DNA of 64,000 nucleotides from Gammaproteobacteria bacterium (GCA_050298595.1 JBNKUM010000024.1:1-64000); one strand, 5' to 3'; positions 41,822 to 53,978 are shown, numbered from the stretch's first letter. Made by a program: numbers and translations. Notes: generated by a model not told the origin, from the sequence alone.

Positions 41822-42991
41822 ATGTATAACCTTAACAAGCGACTGTTACTACATGGACTGTTCATTTTCGCCGGTTTAATACTGCTAAATGGCTGTTCCG
41901 CAACTAAAGAACCATACTCAGTAGTAGAGGAAACAGCGGTTGAACCAACTGAAATTACAGTTAAGGCCGACCTTACTCCACCTGCTCCTCGCGAAACAAT
42001 CGTATACGAACCTGAACATCCACAAACGTATATTGTACAAAAAGGTGACACATTATGGGATATTTCATCTCACTTTTTACGCGACCCCTGGTACTGGCCA
42101 GAAATCTGGTATAAAAACCCGCAGGTGGATAACCCTCACCTGATATATCCCGGAGATGAACTGGCTATAGTTTATATTGGCGGTGAAAAGCGAATTCAGT
42201 TATCTCGCCGCGGGGATACAGGCCTGGCAGCCGGCGGGCTTAAAATTGTAAAACTCTCACCTCGCATACGCGCCCAGTCTATCGATGCAAGTATTCCTTC
42301 GATTCCTATGGAATCCATTCGACAGTTACTGGAAAAACCCTTGATCATTGATGAAGAAGATCTCGCAAAATCTGCCTATGTTCTCGACAGTCGAGATAAT
42401 CACCTCGCCAACGCAATGAATGACACCTTGTATGTACGTAACCTTGATACTTCAGTAGGCAATGGCCGCTACCAGATTTTTCGCCCGCATAAACCGCTGG
42501 TAGATACCGTATCTGGAGAAGTGCTGGGATACGAAGCTCTGTATGTTGCTGAAGGCAAGCTTGAAAAAGGTGGAGACCCAGCTTCAGTCAGAGTAACTTC
42601 GTCAACTCTGGAAATTCTACGTGACGATCGCTTACTGCCTATCGACAATACCACATTGGAAAGAGACTTTTTCCCCCGCCCCCCCAAAGATCAGGTAGAA
42701 GGTCGCATTATTTCGTTGCTGGATGCAATCTCGCAGGTTGGTCTATATCAGACCGTAGTGGTTAACCTTGGGCTACGTGACAATATTTCAGTAGGTAACA
42801 TTCTCGAAATTAAGAAACAGGGAAAAATCGTTATCGATCATAATGAAGAAGAGAAAAACTTCGCAGTGAAACTACCGGATGAGCGCAATGGGCTGGTAAT
42901 GATAATCAGAACCTATGAGAAAATGAGCTTCGGGCTTATCATGCAGGCAGAATCACCCATCCATTTAAACGACCTGGTGAAAACACCTTAG
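41822..42991 (+). CDS. LysM peptidoglycan-binding protein (TsaP-like), possibly a lipoprotein
   Basis: YIVQKGDTLWDIS...NPHLIYPGD; LNGC lipobox-like motif; def/dprA synteny. Confidence 0.9.
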   Translation: MYNLNKRLLLHGLFIFAGLILLNGCSATKEPYSVVEETAVEPTEITVKADLTPPAPRETIVYEPEHPQTYIVQKGDTLWDISSHFLRDPWYWPEIWYKNPQVDNPHLIYPGDELAIVYIGGEKRIQLSRRGDTGLAAGGLKIVKLSPRIRAQSIDASIPSIPMESIRQLLEKPLIIDEEDLAKSAYVLDSRDNHLANAMNDTLYVRNLDTSVGNGRYQIFRPHKPLVDTVSGEVLGYEALYVAEGKLEKGGDPASVRVTSSTLEILRDDRLLPIDNTTLERDFFPRPPKDQVEGRIISLLDAISQVGLYQTVVVNLGLRDNISVGNILEIKKQGKIVIDHNEEEKNFAVKLPDERNGLVMIIRTYEKMSFGLIMQAESPIHLNDLVKTP

Positions 42992-43006
42992 GATAGAATC
43001 CAGAAC

Positions 43007-44113
43007 ATGGCCAGGGATAACCTGGCCTATTGCCTGGCACTTAACCTGTGCCCAGGCATTGGGCCTGCCAATTTTCGCCGACTTACCTTAGATAGCAGTC
43101 TCACCATTAACGAGCTGTTTCACCTTTCAAGTAGTCAACTTTCCGAATTAAACCTTAAACAGCCTCAAATCGAATATATGGCCAACCCTGACTGGGCCAG
43201 CATAGATCTCACTCTGGAGTGGCTTGCCGAGGACTCATCTCATCATATCGTTTCCATAATCGATCCCGCATACCCTGAACTATTAAAAGACATTAGTGAC
43301 GCTCCTCCTATCCTGTATGGCATTGGCAATATTGAGCTTTTGCAATCTCCTCAGATTGCCATAGTAGGCAGTCGCAATTGCACTCCCGGAGGAGCTGAAA
43401 CTGCTAAAGACTTTTCGAGGTATTTAAGCAATGCTGGTCTGACCATTACCAGCGGAATGGCTCTTGGCATTGACCAGCATGCTCATCAGGCTGCACTGGA
43501 TAACGGTGGCCACACTATCGCAGTTATCGGCACAGGGATAGATAGAATCTACCCCTCGAAAAACAAACTCCTGGCTTATGAGATTGCTGAAAAAGGCTTA
43601 ATTGTTTCAGAATTCACATTAGGCACTCCGCCCGTTAACAGTAACTTCCCCAAAAGAAACCGCATAATCAGTGGGCTTAGCCTGGCAACTCTGGTGGTAG
43701 AAGCCACTCGCAAAAGCGGCTCTCTCATTACTGCACGCCATGGAATTGAACAGGGACGAGAGGTATTCGCTATCCCGGGCTCTATTCACAACCCACAAAG
43801 CAAAGGATGTCATCATTTGATACGTCAGGGTGCAAAACTGGTTGACCAGGCCTCCGATATTATCGATGATATAGGGAGCCTGTTGGGTTTTATCGCCGAA
43901 CAAACTGAAACTCATACAGATTCTCAAACTAATTCATTTCTCGATAGCGAGTATCAGGCACTACTGGATGCTATGGGTTATGATCCAGTATCAATAGACA
44001 TTTTGGTAAATCGCAGTGGCTTGACCATTGAGCAGCTTTCCTCCATGCTGTTAATACTAGAGTTAAACGATCAAATTAAAACCGCACCCGGTGGACTTTT
44101 TGTCAGGTGCTAG
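43007..44113 (+). CDS. dprA: DNA-processing protein DprA
   Basis: AIVGSR, SGMALGID, FPKRNRIISG, SGSLITA. Confidence 0.97.
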   Translation: MARDNLAYCLALNLCPGIGPANFRRLTLDSSLTINELFHLSSSQLSELNLKQPQIEYMANPDWASIDLTLEWLAEDSSHHIVSIIDPAYPELLKDISDAPPILYGIGNIELLQSPQIAIVGSRNCTPGGAETAKDFSRYLSNAGLTITSGMALGIDQHAHQAALDNGGHTIAVIGTGIDRIYPSKNKLLAYEIAEKGLIVSEFTLGTPPVNSNFPKRNRIISGLSLATLVVEATRKSGSLITARHGIEQGREVFAIPGSIHNPQSKGCHHLIRQGAKLVDQASDIIDDIGSLLGFIAEQTETHTDSQTNSFLDSEYQALLDAMGYDPVSIDILVNRSGLTIEQLSSMLLILELNDQIKTAPGGLFVRC

Positions 44114-44125
44114 ACAGGGGTATAC

Positions 44126-44608
44126 ATGAAAGAAGGTGTTATAGACGTACTGATGTACATTTTTTCCAGCTATGCAGATAGTGATGACACCCTCCCAGAA
44201 GACCGTGAAAGCATTGATGCCGATTTACGTGAAGCGGGTTTTGAATCCAACGAAATAGATAAAGCTTTTGACTGGCTAGATGGCCTGGCGCTGGCTGGTG
44301 ATATCCCCAGCATTAAGCAATCTTCAAATGCCAGCCGTATATATTCGTCCTCAGAAAAGTTGCGCATGGATACGAAGATTCAGGGTTTTCTCTATTTTCT
44401 GGAACAATCAGGTGTACTAACCCCTGAGCTCAGAGAATTAGTCATCAATCGAATCATGGCATTGGACGGTATCGCTCCAGTAGATATGGAAGAGTTTAAA
44501 TGGGTAGTCATGATGGTATTGTTCAATAATGCTATTGATCAGGACGAAAACACTCTGATGCATTACGAAGATATCGTATTTGCCGATCAGCCAGCAATTT
44601 TTCACTAA
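44126..44608 (+). CDS. smg: Smg (DUF494) protein
   Basis: DVLMYIF, AGF...KAFDWL, KWVVMMVLFN; between dprA and topA. Confidence 0.9.
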   Translation: MKEGVIDVLMYIFSSYADSDDTLPEDRESIDADLREAGFESNEIDKAFDWLDGLALAGDIPSIKQSSNASRIYSSSEKLRMDTKIQGFLYFLEQSGVLTPELRELVINRIMALDGIAPVDMEEFKWVVMMVLFNNAIDQDENTLMHYEDIVFADQPAIFH

Positions 44609-44627
44609 ATAAAAAACAATCCAGCCT

Positions 44628-47075
44628 ATGAGTAGCAACCTCGTTATAGTTGAGTCGCCTGCTAAAGCCAAAACTATTGAAAAATATCTAGGTAAGGACT
44701 TTAAAGTTCTTGCCTCCTATGGCCATGTACGCGATTTGATCCCCAAAGAAGGGGCCGTAGAGACCGACAACAACTTTAAAATGAATTACGAAGTCGTAGA
44801 GCGGAACGAAAAGCATCTAAAAAATATCGCGAAGGAATTAAAGATTGCCGATACACTTTACCTGGCAACGGATCCGGATCGCGAGGGAGAAGCCATATCC
44901 TGGCACCTGTATCAATTACTGCAAGACCGTAATTTGATGAAAAATAAAAATGCTTACAGAGTAGTATTTTATGAAATTACCAAGCAGGCCGTCACCGAAG
45001 CAGTAGCCAACCCACATGAAATCACTATGGATCTTGTCAATGCCCAGCAGGCCAGGCGTGCTCTGGACTATCTGGTAGGCTTCAATCTGTCACCTTTGTT
45101 ATGGCGTAAAATTCGACGTGGCTTATCTGCTGGCCGAGTACAAAGTCCGGCACTCAGAATGATTGTAGAACGAGAACTGGAAATTGAAGCATTTAATCCA
45201 GAAGAATACTGGAGCATTGAATCTGATAATGTGTTCGAGAAACAGAATTTTATCGCTCGACTCACCCAGTATCAGGGAGAGAAAGTAAAACAGTTCAGCA
45301 TCACTAATGCGGAGCAGGCTGAACAGGCTCATGCTATTTTAAACCAGGCTGCCAACGGAACTTTAATCGTTTCCAACGTTGAAAAGAAACAGCGCAAACG
45401 CCATCCAGCAGCACCATTTACTACCTCAACCCTGCAACAGGAGGCTTCTCGAAAACTGGGATTTGGTGCACAGCGCACCATGCGTACCGCCCAGCGCCTG
45501 TACGAAGGTATAGATATAGGATCAGGTCAAACAGGTTTGATTTCCTACATGCGTACTGACTCTGTATCTCTGTCTAGCGAGGCAGTGGAAGATATCCGTA
45601 CCCTCGTCGCCAAAAAATATGGAACCGAACTGCTGCCTGAAAAGCCACGAGAGTTTAAGACTAAATCCAAGAATGCACAGGAAGCTCACGAAGCGATTCG
45701 TCCAACCAGTGCAATGAATACACCAGAGCAAATCAAGTCCTTCCTCAGTCAGGATGAATACAGGCTGTATGAGTTGATCTGGAAGCGTAGTATTGCCTGC
45801 CAGATGATTCACGCCACTATGGATACTGTAGCGGTAGACCTGGCCGCCGACAGTAAAAACACATTCCGTGCTAATGGCTCTACCATCAGAAATCCGGGCT
45901 TTATGCTGGTATATACCGAAAGCCAGGATGACGACAAGAAAGACGAACAGAAAGAAAACATCCTGCCTCCTCTACAAAAGGGGGATCAGGTAACCCTGAA
46001 GGAAATACGTCTGGAACAGCATTTCACCGAACCGCCACCGCGTTTTAGTGAAGCCAGTCTGGTAAAAACCCTGGAAGAATACGGTATAGGTAGACCTTCA
46101 ACCTATGCATCGATAATTACCACCCTGCTCGACCGCGATTATGTCGAACTTGAAAGCAAGCGATTCCATCCTACCGATGTGGGTCGCGTGGTAAATAAAT
46201 TTCTTACCCAACACTTTACACGCTATGTAGATTACGACTTTACCGCAAAGCTTGAAGATACTCTGGATGAGATATCACGTGGAGAAAGCGAATGGCTGCC
46301 ATTAATGCAGAACTTCTGGACATCGTTTAAAGAACTTGTTGATGAAAAAATGGAGACTGTAAGCCGCGACGAAGCTCTACAGTCGCGTGAGCTGGGGACC
46401 GACCCTGATACAGGGAAGCCGGTTTCAGTTCGCATGGGTCGCTATGGCCCATTTGTTCAGATTGGTACGCGTGAGGACGAAGATAAACCCCGCTTTGCCG
46501 GTCTAAGTCCTGGGCAAAAAATGGATCGTATCACCATGGATGAAGCCATGCAGCTGTTCAAGCTGCCACGCGAACTGGGTGAAACCGAAGAAGGCGAACC
46601 CGTATCTACCAATATCGGCCGCTTTGGGCCCTATGTTAAATTTGGTAGCAAATACGCATCACTAAAAACCAAGGAAGGCGATGACCCTTATACGCTCACA
46701 CTTGAGCGCGCGCTTGAACTTGTTCGTGAGAAAAAAGAATTTGAAGCCAATCGAGAAATAAAAACTTTTGAAGGCACTGAGATAAAAATTCTTCGAGGCA
46801 GGTATGGTCCTTACATCACCGACGGGATTAAGAATGCAAGAATCCCCAAAGATATCGAAGATCCTGAAACACTTGATCTTGCTACTTGTCAGGAATTGAT
46901 CGAGAAGGCACCTTTACCCAAATCAAAACGTAAGAAAGCGGCGACCAAAAAGAAGGCTGCCGTCAAAAAAGCGGCTACTAAAAAGAAGGCTGCAGTTAAG
47001 AAAAAGGCAGCCCCTAAAAAGAAAGCCAGCAAGAAGAAAGCTGCCGTTAAAAAAGCAGTCAAAGCTACCGCTTGA
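44628..47075 (+). CDS. topA: DNA topoisomerase I with C-terminal GRxGP repeats and K/A-rich tail
   Basis: VIVESPAKAK, ATDPDREGE, SAGRVQS, ISYMRTDS. Confidence 0.98.
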   Translation: MSSNLVIVESPAKAKTIEKYLGKDFKVLASYGHVRDLIPKEGAVETDNNFKMNYEVVERNEKHLKNIAKELKIADTLYLATDPDREGEAISWHLYQLLQDRNLMKNKNAYRVVFYEITKQAVTEAVANPHEITMDLVNAQQARRALDYLVGFNLSPLLWRKIRRGLSAGRVQSPALRMIVERELEIEAFNPEEYWSIESDNVFEKQNFIARLTQYQGEKVKQFSITNAEQAEQAHAILNQAANGTLIVSNVEKKQRKRHPAAPFTTSTLQQEASRKLGFGAQRTMRTAQRLYEGIDIGSGQTGLISYMRTDSVSLSSEAVEDIRTLVAKKYGTELLPEKPREFKTKSKNAQEAHEAIRPTSAMNTPEQIKSFLSQDEYRLYELIWKRSIACQMIHATMDTVAVDLAADSKNTFRANGSTIRNPGFMLVYTESQDDDKKDEQKENILPPLQKGDQVTLKEIRLEQHFTEPPPRFSEASLVKTLEEYGIGRPSTYASIITTLLDRDYVELESKRFHPTDVGRVVNKFLTQHFTRYVDYDFTAKLEDTLDEISRGESEWLPLMQNFWTSFKELVDEKMETVSRDEALQSRELGTDPDTGKPVSVRMGRYGPFVQIGTREDEDKPRFAGLSPGQKMDRITMDEAMQLFKLPRELGETEEGEPVSTNIGRFGPYVKFGSKYASLKTKEGDDPYTLTLERALELVREKKEFEANREIKTFEGTEIKILRGRYGPYITDGIKNARIPKDIEDPETLDLATCQELIEKAPLPKSKRKKAATKKKAAVKKAATKKKAAVKKKAAPKKKASKKKAAVKKAVKATA

Positions 47076-47076
47076 T

Positions 47077-47634
47077 GTGTCACCCTGGTTACTTAATAAA
47101 TATGCTTTAAATATTAAAAAGGGTGCCGTGTTTGCCTACCCCACTGATACTATCTGGGGGTTAGGATGTCACCCTGAAAACCATCAGGCAGTCGAGCGAA
47201 TTTTAAGCATTAAAAATCGACCCTTTGATAAGGGCATGATTTTATTATCAAACAACATTGACTACTGCCAGCATTTTATTGATCAGGAATATTTTCAACA
47301 GCATTATCAACAAATTTCCAGCCCTGAAAGTTCAGCTACAACCTGGTTGCTTCCAGCCAGTCCATTTTGCCCTGTATGGTTAACCGGCAATAACAGAACT
47401 GTTGCCGTTAGACTGACCGCTTTACCCCACATCCAGATCCTGTGCGACCGATTGGCTCTACCCCTTATTAGCACTAGTGCAAATATTTCAGGCCATAAGC
47501 CATCCACAAATGCGTTACAGATCCATAGACATTTTGCTAACAGTGTCGACTTTATCATCGGTGGAATCAGCAGTGGATCAGCACGCCCCAGTCGCATTAT
47601 TGATAAACGATCTGGGGAAATAATTCGCCCCTAG
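47077..47634 (+). CDS. tsaC: Threonylcarbamoyl-AMP synthase
   Basis: AYPTDTIWGLGC, KNRPFDKG, STSAN. Confidence 0.93.
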   Translation: MSPWLLNKYALNIKKGAVFAYPTDTIWGLGCHPENHQAVERILSIKNRPFDKGMILLSNNIDYCQHFIDQEYFQQHYQQISSPESSATTWLLPASPFCPVWLTGNNRTVAVRLTALPHIQILCDRLALPLISTSANISGHKPSTNALQIHRHFANSVDFIIGGISSGSARPSRIIDKRSGEIIRP

Positions 47635-49006
<1,372 letters not shown>

Positions 49007-49016
49007 CCAGCCAGCG

Positions 49017-49616
49017 TTAGCCTGCCTCTAACAGCTTGATTAAATCATCAGCCATAACCTTTGGGTCCTCTTCATGTGGTTCATAAAATTGAACCACTCC
49101 ACGCTGATCGATAAAATAAATGACTGAGCTGTGATCAATGACATAGCCCATCGCAGAATTTTCTAGCGCCTTCTTTTCATAGATGACATTGTACTGGCGC
49201 GCTATTTTGTCGATATGTTCCTTATTATCTGCTGTAAGTCCGACATATCCGGGGTTAAAGCCCTTCACAAAGATGTCCAGGGCTCTGGGAGAATCTCGCT
49301 CGAAATCCAGCGAGACAAATATTCCCTGTACCTGAGCGGCCTGTTCCGGTGTTAGTAATTTTATGGCTTCTGTAAGTCCATACAGAGAGGTCGGACAGAT
49401 ATCAGGGCAGGACATATAGCCAAAATAGAGGGCAACCACCTTTCCTTTATAGTCACTTAGAGAAACCGGACCGTTTACTGATTGCAAGGTGAAATCGCCG
49501 CCTGCTCCGGGTATCAGGTCACTACCCTGACGAATCATGTATTGTTGAGCCAGTAATATGCCTGTAAAAAAACACACGGCAATTACCCAAAAATAAAGTG
49601 ACTTCTGATTCTTCAT
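49017..49616 (-). CDS. SCO1/SenC family copper chaperone
   Basis: FGYMSCPDICP and DHS motifs; N-terminal TM. Confidence 0.93.
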   Translation of the reverse strand: MKNQKSLYFWVIAVCFFTGILLAQQYMIRQGSDLIPGAGGDFTLQSVNGPVSLSDYKGKVVALYFGYMSCPDICPTSLYGLTEAIKLLTPEQAAQVQGIFVSLDFERDSPRALDIFVKGFNPGYVGLTADNKEHIDKIARQYNVIYEKKALENSAMGYVIDHSSVIYFIDQRGVVQFYEPHEEDPKVMADDLIKLLEAG

Positions 49617-49650
49617 ATCAATTAATTATTAGTCTGAGCATGGCGCATCA

Positions 49651-50085
49651 TTACCGCTTCATGATAGATCTGGCAACTGGAGCCGTTACCGACTTTTTAC
49701 TACCATCTGAAAACTCAAGGATAACCTCGACTGTGCTATCAAGGTTCAGATCTCTATTCAGACCAATAAACATAACATGCATACCACCGGGTTTAAGCAT
49801 AACCTTTCGCCCCGCTGGCAGGTCGATTTTATCAATCCTTCGCATACGCATAACTCCATTGTCATTCACATGGGTATGCAGTTCAACGATTTTAGCGGCA
49901 TCCGTGCTTGCGCTTACTAATGCCGCATCACTACCATGATTAACAATTTGCATATACAAAATTGAGTTGAGCTGATCCTTTAACGCAGGCCGTGCATAGG
50001 CACCTTCAATCATAATATCATTCGACACATCAGCCATCACGTATTGACTAAAAATCAGGAGAGCAAGGAGGTAAAACTTTTTCAT
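49651..50085 (-). CDS. PCu(A)C family periplasmic copper chaperone
   Basis: VELHTH...GVMRM...LKPGGMHVM. Confidence 0.93.
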   Translation of the reverse strand: MKKFYLLALLIFSQYVMADVSNDIMIEGAYARPALKDQLNSILYMQIVNHGSDAALVSASTDAAKIVELHTHVNDNGVMRMRRIDKIDLPAGRKVMLKPGGMHVMFIGLNRDLNLDSTVEVILEFSDGSKKSVTAPVARSIMKR

Positions 50086-50208
50086 TCAAGTTCACTATTT
50101 TAAAAATGGAATGGATGTTACCTAAAAGGCCGTGAGCGCGGTAGCGACAATTTGACGCACCCCTGATGCCATCTTGATGACACTAGCTTAGGGCCTGTTA
50201 ACACTAAT

Positions 50209-53200
50209 CTATGCCAATATAGCCCTGATGTTTTTCGGATTCTCTTTAAGTAACCGCAACTGTCTCTTAAGACGGTCCAGCACCAGGGTTGAATGCTCAC
50301 CCACTTTTACCTGAGTAACCGAGGCGGTCAGGTCTAACTGTATCCCCTGCCCCATATCAGCAGACTGAATATCCTTCTGGACAGCATTTACCAGGGTTAA
50401 CGCTGTATCACCATCCGAGCCTGGCAATACCAGCATAAAACCACACTCATCCCAACGAGCAAGTATATCGAGACCGCTTAGATGCGAGTTGATAATTTGC
50501 GAAATAGAAAATATCACATTATCGTGCAACTGATTAGTTAACTGATTTTGCATTGGCTTGATATCTATATCCAGCAATATCAATGATAATGGCTCTGACT
50601 GATAACGACTGCGTTTAAGCTCATGTTGCATAAGCTCACACAGATAAGATTTTGTGAGCGCCCCCGTTAGCTCGTCTCGTGACTTATCAGTATACTCAGT
50701 CAAATCAACGATACGTTTACTCATCACTTCGGATAGATTGCGGTACAGCCGCATGGAAATGCGTGGATGGAAAAATCCCAGTTGACGAATGCCACTCCAT
50801 TTCATTTCTAGCGCTCTCACCGTCTCCTGAGCGGTCACCCTCGACATGCGGTCACGCCTGGATAACTCCGCAACTTCGCCAAATAAATCCCCCGCTTTCA
50901 GATACCCCAGAGTGTGTATAGAACCATCGGAGTCACGATGCGTGGCCTTGGCAGAACCTTCCAGCAGTACAAAAAAGGTTTCCCCCTGAACGCCCTGCTC
51001 AACAATCACGTCTCCACTATTAAACTCACGTATTGATCCGGAAAGGATCGCACGCTTGATCTGAAAGCTTTTTAGCCCCTTAAAAATCGAACTTTTTTTC
51101 AGCACATCATCCTTTAGGTTTAGCGAGAGCATATCCCATACCGAAACTAGTCGAATAAACGATAGCAGTATAGGGGTCAGTACAAAGGTTGAAAACATGG
51201 CCAGCACCATCACCAGCGCGCTTAAGGCGCCAAAGTAAACCACCGGTTGAAAGCTCGATAACATCAGGGTTGAAAATCCAAGCGCAAGCGCAACTGAAGT
51301 GGTTCCGATTGGCGTTGCTTCATGCAGGATAGTTTTTTTGAGCGCCTTTTCGACGTCATCTGTGCCTCGTGTAAAAAAGTGATAACGACTGAGAAAATGG
51401 ATGGTATCGTCTACGCAGATGCCCAGTGCAATCACTGCCACCATCGTGGTACCCGAATCCAGCGGAATATGGTAATACCCCATCACACCAAACAGCACTA
51501 CCACAGGGAATACATTAGGTATCAACGCAATAAACCCGGCCCGAAAATCAATAAACAGTATGGAAACGAGCAGTAATATAACCACTAACATGAGTAGCAA
51601 AGATTGTATCTGTCCCCAGGCCATAGCATCTGCAGCCTTGTTATTTAATACTGAATCTCCAGTCAGGATCACCTGCATGCGCGACTTCAGATCATGCTTG
51701 ATATAATTCTCTATCTCGCTAAATGCCTTTTTCAAGGTCTCTGAATTACCCTGATTATGACGCACCAGAATACGGGTGCTACTATAATCCGAGTTCACAT
51801 ACGCACTCACCGCATCGAACTGAATGAACTCCATATAAACCTGAACAACCTCATCCTCCAGAGGTAGCTGAGGCTGACTGGTACCATCCATGGCCCTGTT
51901 AGTCAGCTTCACGAAATCAGCAAAAGAAAAACTTTTATCAAACACGCCCTGTTGATCGATAAATTGCTGTATCTTTTCCACCTCTTCCAGGTACCTGACT
52001 TTTTTAAAGGTGCCTTCTATGCCTGAATCCAGAATGATAGAAAAGGTCTGCATGCCTGATAAATCCTGATGGATTTGTGCAGCCCGCTGACGCACTTCGG
52101 AATGCTCATTAAAATAGGCCAGAGGATCGTTATTAATCTCCAGAAACTGAGTACCCCAGGCGAAATAACCAGCCACTAGCATCAGTAGAAAAAGCATGGT
52201 TTTTTTAATTCGCATCACTATCGAAAAAATACCGCGCGCAATCAGCTGATACATATTCTGATCGATATTTATATGCGATATACCTCCACCAAATAAGCGC
52301 AGGTAAGCTGGAACAAACAGTATTGTAATCAGGAAGTTAATTACCAGACCCACAGTAACCAGCCAGCCAAATTCCCGCAATAACTCCAGATCACTGACCG
52401 TAATCGACAGGAAACCGGCTATGGTGGTCACAAATGCCAGTAAAATCGCCAGCGACTGGTTAACCGGTAGACGTCGTACCGCTTCATCGCGTGATAATCC
52501 GTCACGAATACCACTATGATACTCGGCCATTAAATGCACATCTTCGGTAGAACCAATAATGATCAGTAAGGCAGGGATTATGGAGGTCAATACATTCAGA
52601 GGAATCTCCATCCAGGCGATAAAAGATAAGGTCAGAACGATACTGATAGTCGCTGAAGATAACGGCACAATAGCACAGTTAACTCGCCCCATACTTAGGG
52701 CCAGCACTACAATTAATACAACCAGGGCTGCCGGCAACATCGTATGCAAATCTTGCTGAATCTGGCGGGAAATTTGATCTCTTACATAAGGCGAGCTCAT
52801 CTGAAAAACGCTATCAATTAGCGACTTCAGTGGTTCCAGCTCCGCCTCAATAGCCCGAGTTATTTCAGCATCACGCCCCGGTTGATCCAGCGCTTCTTCA
52901 ATAAACAGGTTTATAGCCATCGTCTGCTGGTCGCTGGAAATTAAATTCTTATGCACCAGGGTATTTGCTACGGCATCCTTTAATAGCTGCTGCATTTGTG
53001 GTGGGTTTTGCGGAAAGTCGAGAAGAAAAGGCTTGCTTTCCACATATCCATTCACCTCTTTAACGTTGGGCACATTGAATAATGAGCTGGCACTGGTAAC
53101 AAAGTCTAAGCGCTGTAATCGCTTAAGCATCTGCTTAATAGCTTTCAACTTTTCGACTTCAAACAGCTGTTTATCCGATAAAATCAGTATAACAACGGTA

Positions 53201-53391
53201 TCAGAGCCAAATTGCTTTAAGGAATCCTGATAAATTTGCCAGCTTGGATCTGATTTTGCTAACAGGCTTTGAGCCGAGATATCGAACTTTAAACTGGTTA
53301 GGACCGGAGCTACTGAGATGGTTAACGCGATCAATGCAAACAGCATAAGGCGCGGATAACGAAAAGCAACATCGAGCAACCATCTAACCAT
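50209..53391 (-). CDS. MMPL/RND-family transporter fused to cNMP-binding and degenerate GGDEF domains
   Basis: Two MMPL halves (GSTEDVHL; GICVDDTIHF), then GDLFGEV...R cNMP domain, then DELTG...LLDID...ARWDECGF. Confidence 0.85.
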   Translation of the reverse strand: MVRWLLDVAFRYPRLMLFALIALTISVAPVLTSLKFDISAQSLLAKSDPSWQIYQDSLKQFGSDTVVILILSDKQLFEVEKLKAIKQMLKRLQRLDFVTSASSLFNVPNVKEVNGYVESKPFLLDFPQNPPQMQQLLKDAVANTLVHKNLISSDQQTMAINLFIEEALDQPGRDAEITRAIEAELEPLKSLIDSVFQMSSPYVRDQISRQIQQDLHTMLPAALVVLIVVLALSMGRVNCAIVPLSSATISIVLTLSFIAWMEIPLNVLTSIIPALLIIIGSTEDVHLMAEYHSGIRDGLSRDEAVRRLPVNQSLAILLAFVTTIAGFLSITVSDLELLREFGWLVTVGLVINFLITILFVPAYLRLFGGGISHINIDQNMYQLIARGIFSIVMRIKKTMLFLLMLVAGYFAWGTQFLEINNDPLAYFNEHSEVRQRAAQIHQDLSGMQTFSIILDSGIEGTFKKVRYLEEVEKIQQFIDQQGVFDKSFSFADFVKLTNRAMDGTSQPQLPLEDEVVQVYMEFIQFDAVSAYVNSDYSSTRILVRHNQGNSETLKKAFSEIENYIKHDLKSRMQVILTGDSVLNNKAADAMAWGQIQSLLLMLVVILLLVSILFIDFRAGFIALIPNVFPVVVLFGVMGYYHIPLDSGTTMVAVIALGICVDDTIHFLSRYHFFTRGTDDVEKALKKTILHEATPIGTTSVALALGFSTLMLSSFQPVVYFGALSALVMVLAMFSTFVLTPILLSFIRLVSVWDMLSLNLKDDVLKKSSIFKGLKSFQIKRAILSGSIREFNSGDVIVEQGVQGETFFVLLEGSAKATHRDSDGSIHTLGYLKAGDLFGEVAELSRRDRMSRVTAQETVRALEMKWSGIRQLGFFHPRISMRLYRNLSEVMSKRIVDLTEYTDKSRDELTGALTKSYLCELMQHELKRSRYQSEPLSLILLDIDIKPMQNQLTNQLHDNVIFSISQIINSHLSGLDILARWDECGFMLVLPGSDGDTALTLVNAVQKDIQSADMGQGIQLDLTASVTQVKVGEHSTLVLDRLKRQLRLLKENPKNIRAILA

Positions 53392-53528
53392 TTATTTAAA
53401 ACTCTTAGACACCAGTAAATAAGAATATGAAATGCCGACAGGATAGACGGCATTAGTATATTAGCTTACATTAATATTTATTCGTAACTTTAAATAGCAA
53501 TCTTTATCTTTTAAGGCATTTATGGTCT

Positions 53529-53963
53529 TTAAAAATCAATATTTCTGGAGAGTAGCTGCATTACCTCGCGCCAGTGTTTTTCGACCTCAGGTCCAACCTG
53601 CTGGAAAATCTCTGCAAACCTTCTACGCTGCTCCCCGGTCAATTGCTGCTCAAGTTCAGCACCGCGTTTAGTCAGCATAAGTCGCTTTATCCGTTTATCG
53701 AGGGTATCACTGCGATAATTAATATAATCCTGATTTATCAATTGCTTTAATGGACGATTCAGATATTGCTTACTGACCTGCAAAATCTTTAATAACTCGG
53801 AAATACTGCAATCTGGGTTACGCGCGATAAAATACAGCAGCCGGTGATGGATACGACTCATCCCCTCTTGCGCCAGGCGCTGATCGGGTTTTAACACCAT
53901 TGCTCTAAAGCCAAAGTGCATGGCTTCAAGCGCCAGATTTAATTCATGCTCTCTATCAGTCAT
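53529..53963 (-). CDS. MarR-family transcriptional regulator
   Basis: SRIHHRLLYFIARNP, VSKQYLNRPL, DKRIKRLMLT. Confidence 0.92.
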   Translation of the reverse strand: MTDREHELNLALEAMHFGFRAMVLKPDQRLAQEGMSRIHHRLLYFIARNPDCSISELLKILQVSKQYLNRPLKQLINQDYINYRSDTLDKRIKRLMLTKRGAELEQQLTGEQRRRFAEIFQQVGPEVEKHWREVMQLLSRNIDF

Positions 53964-53978
53964 TTGAATAATTTTTAA

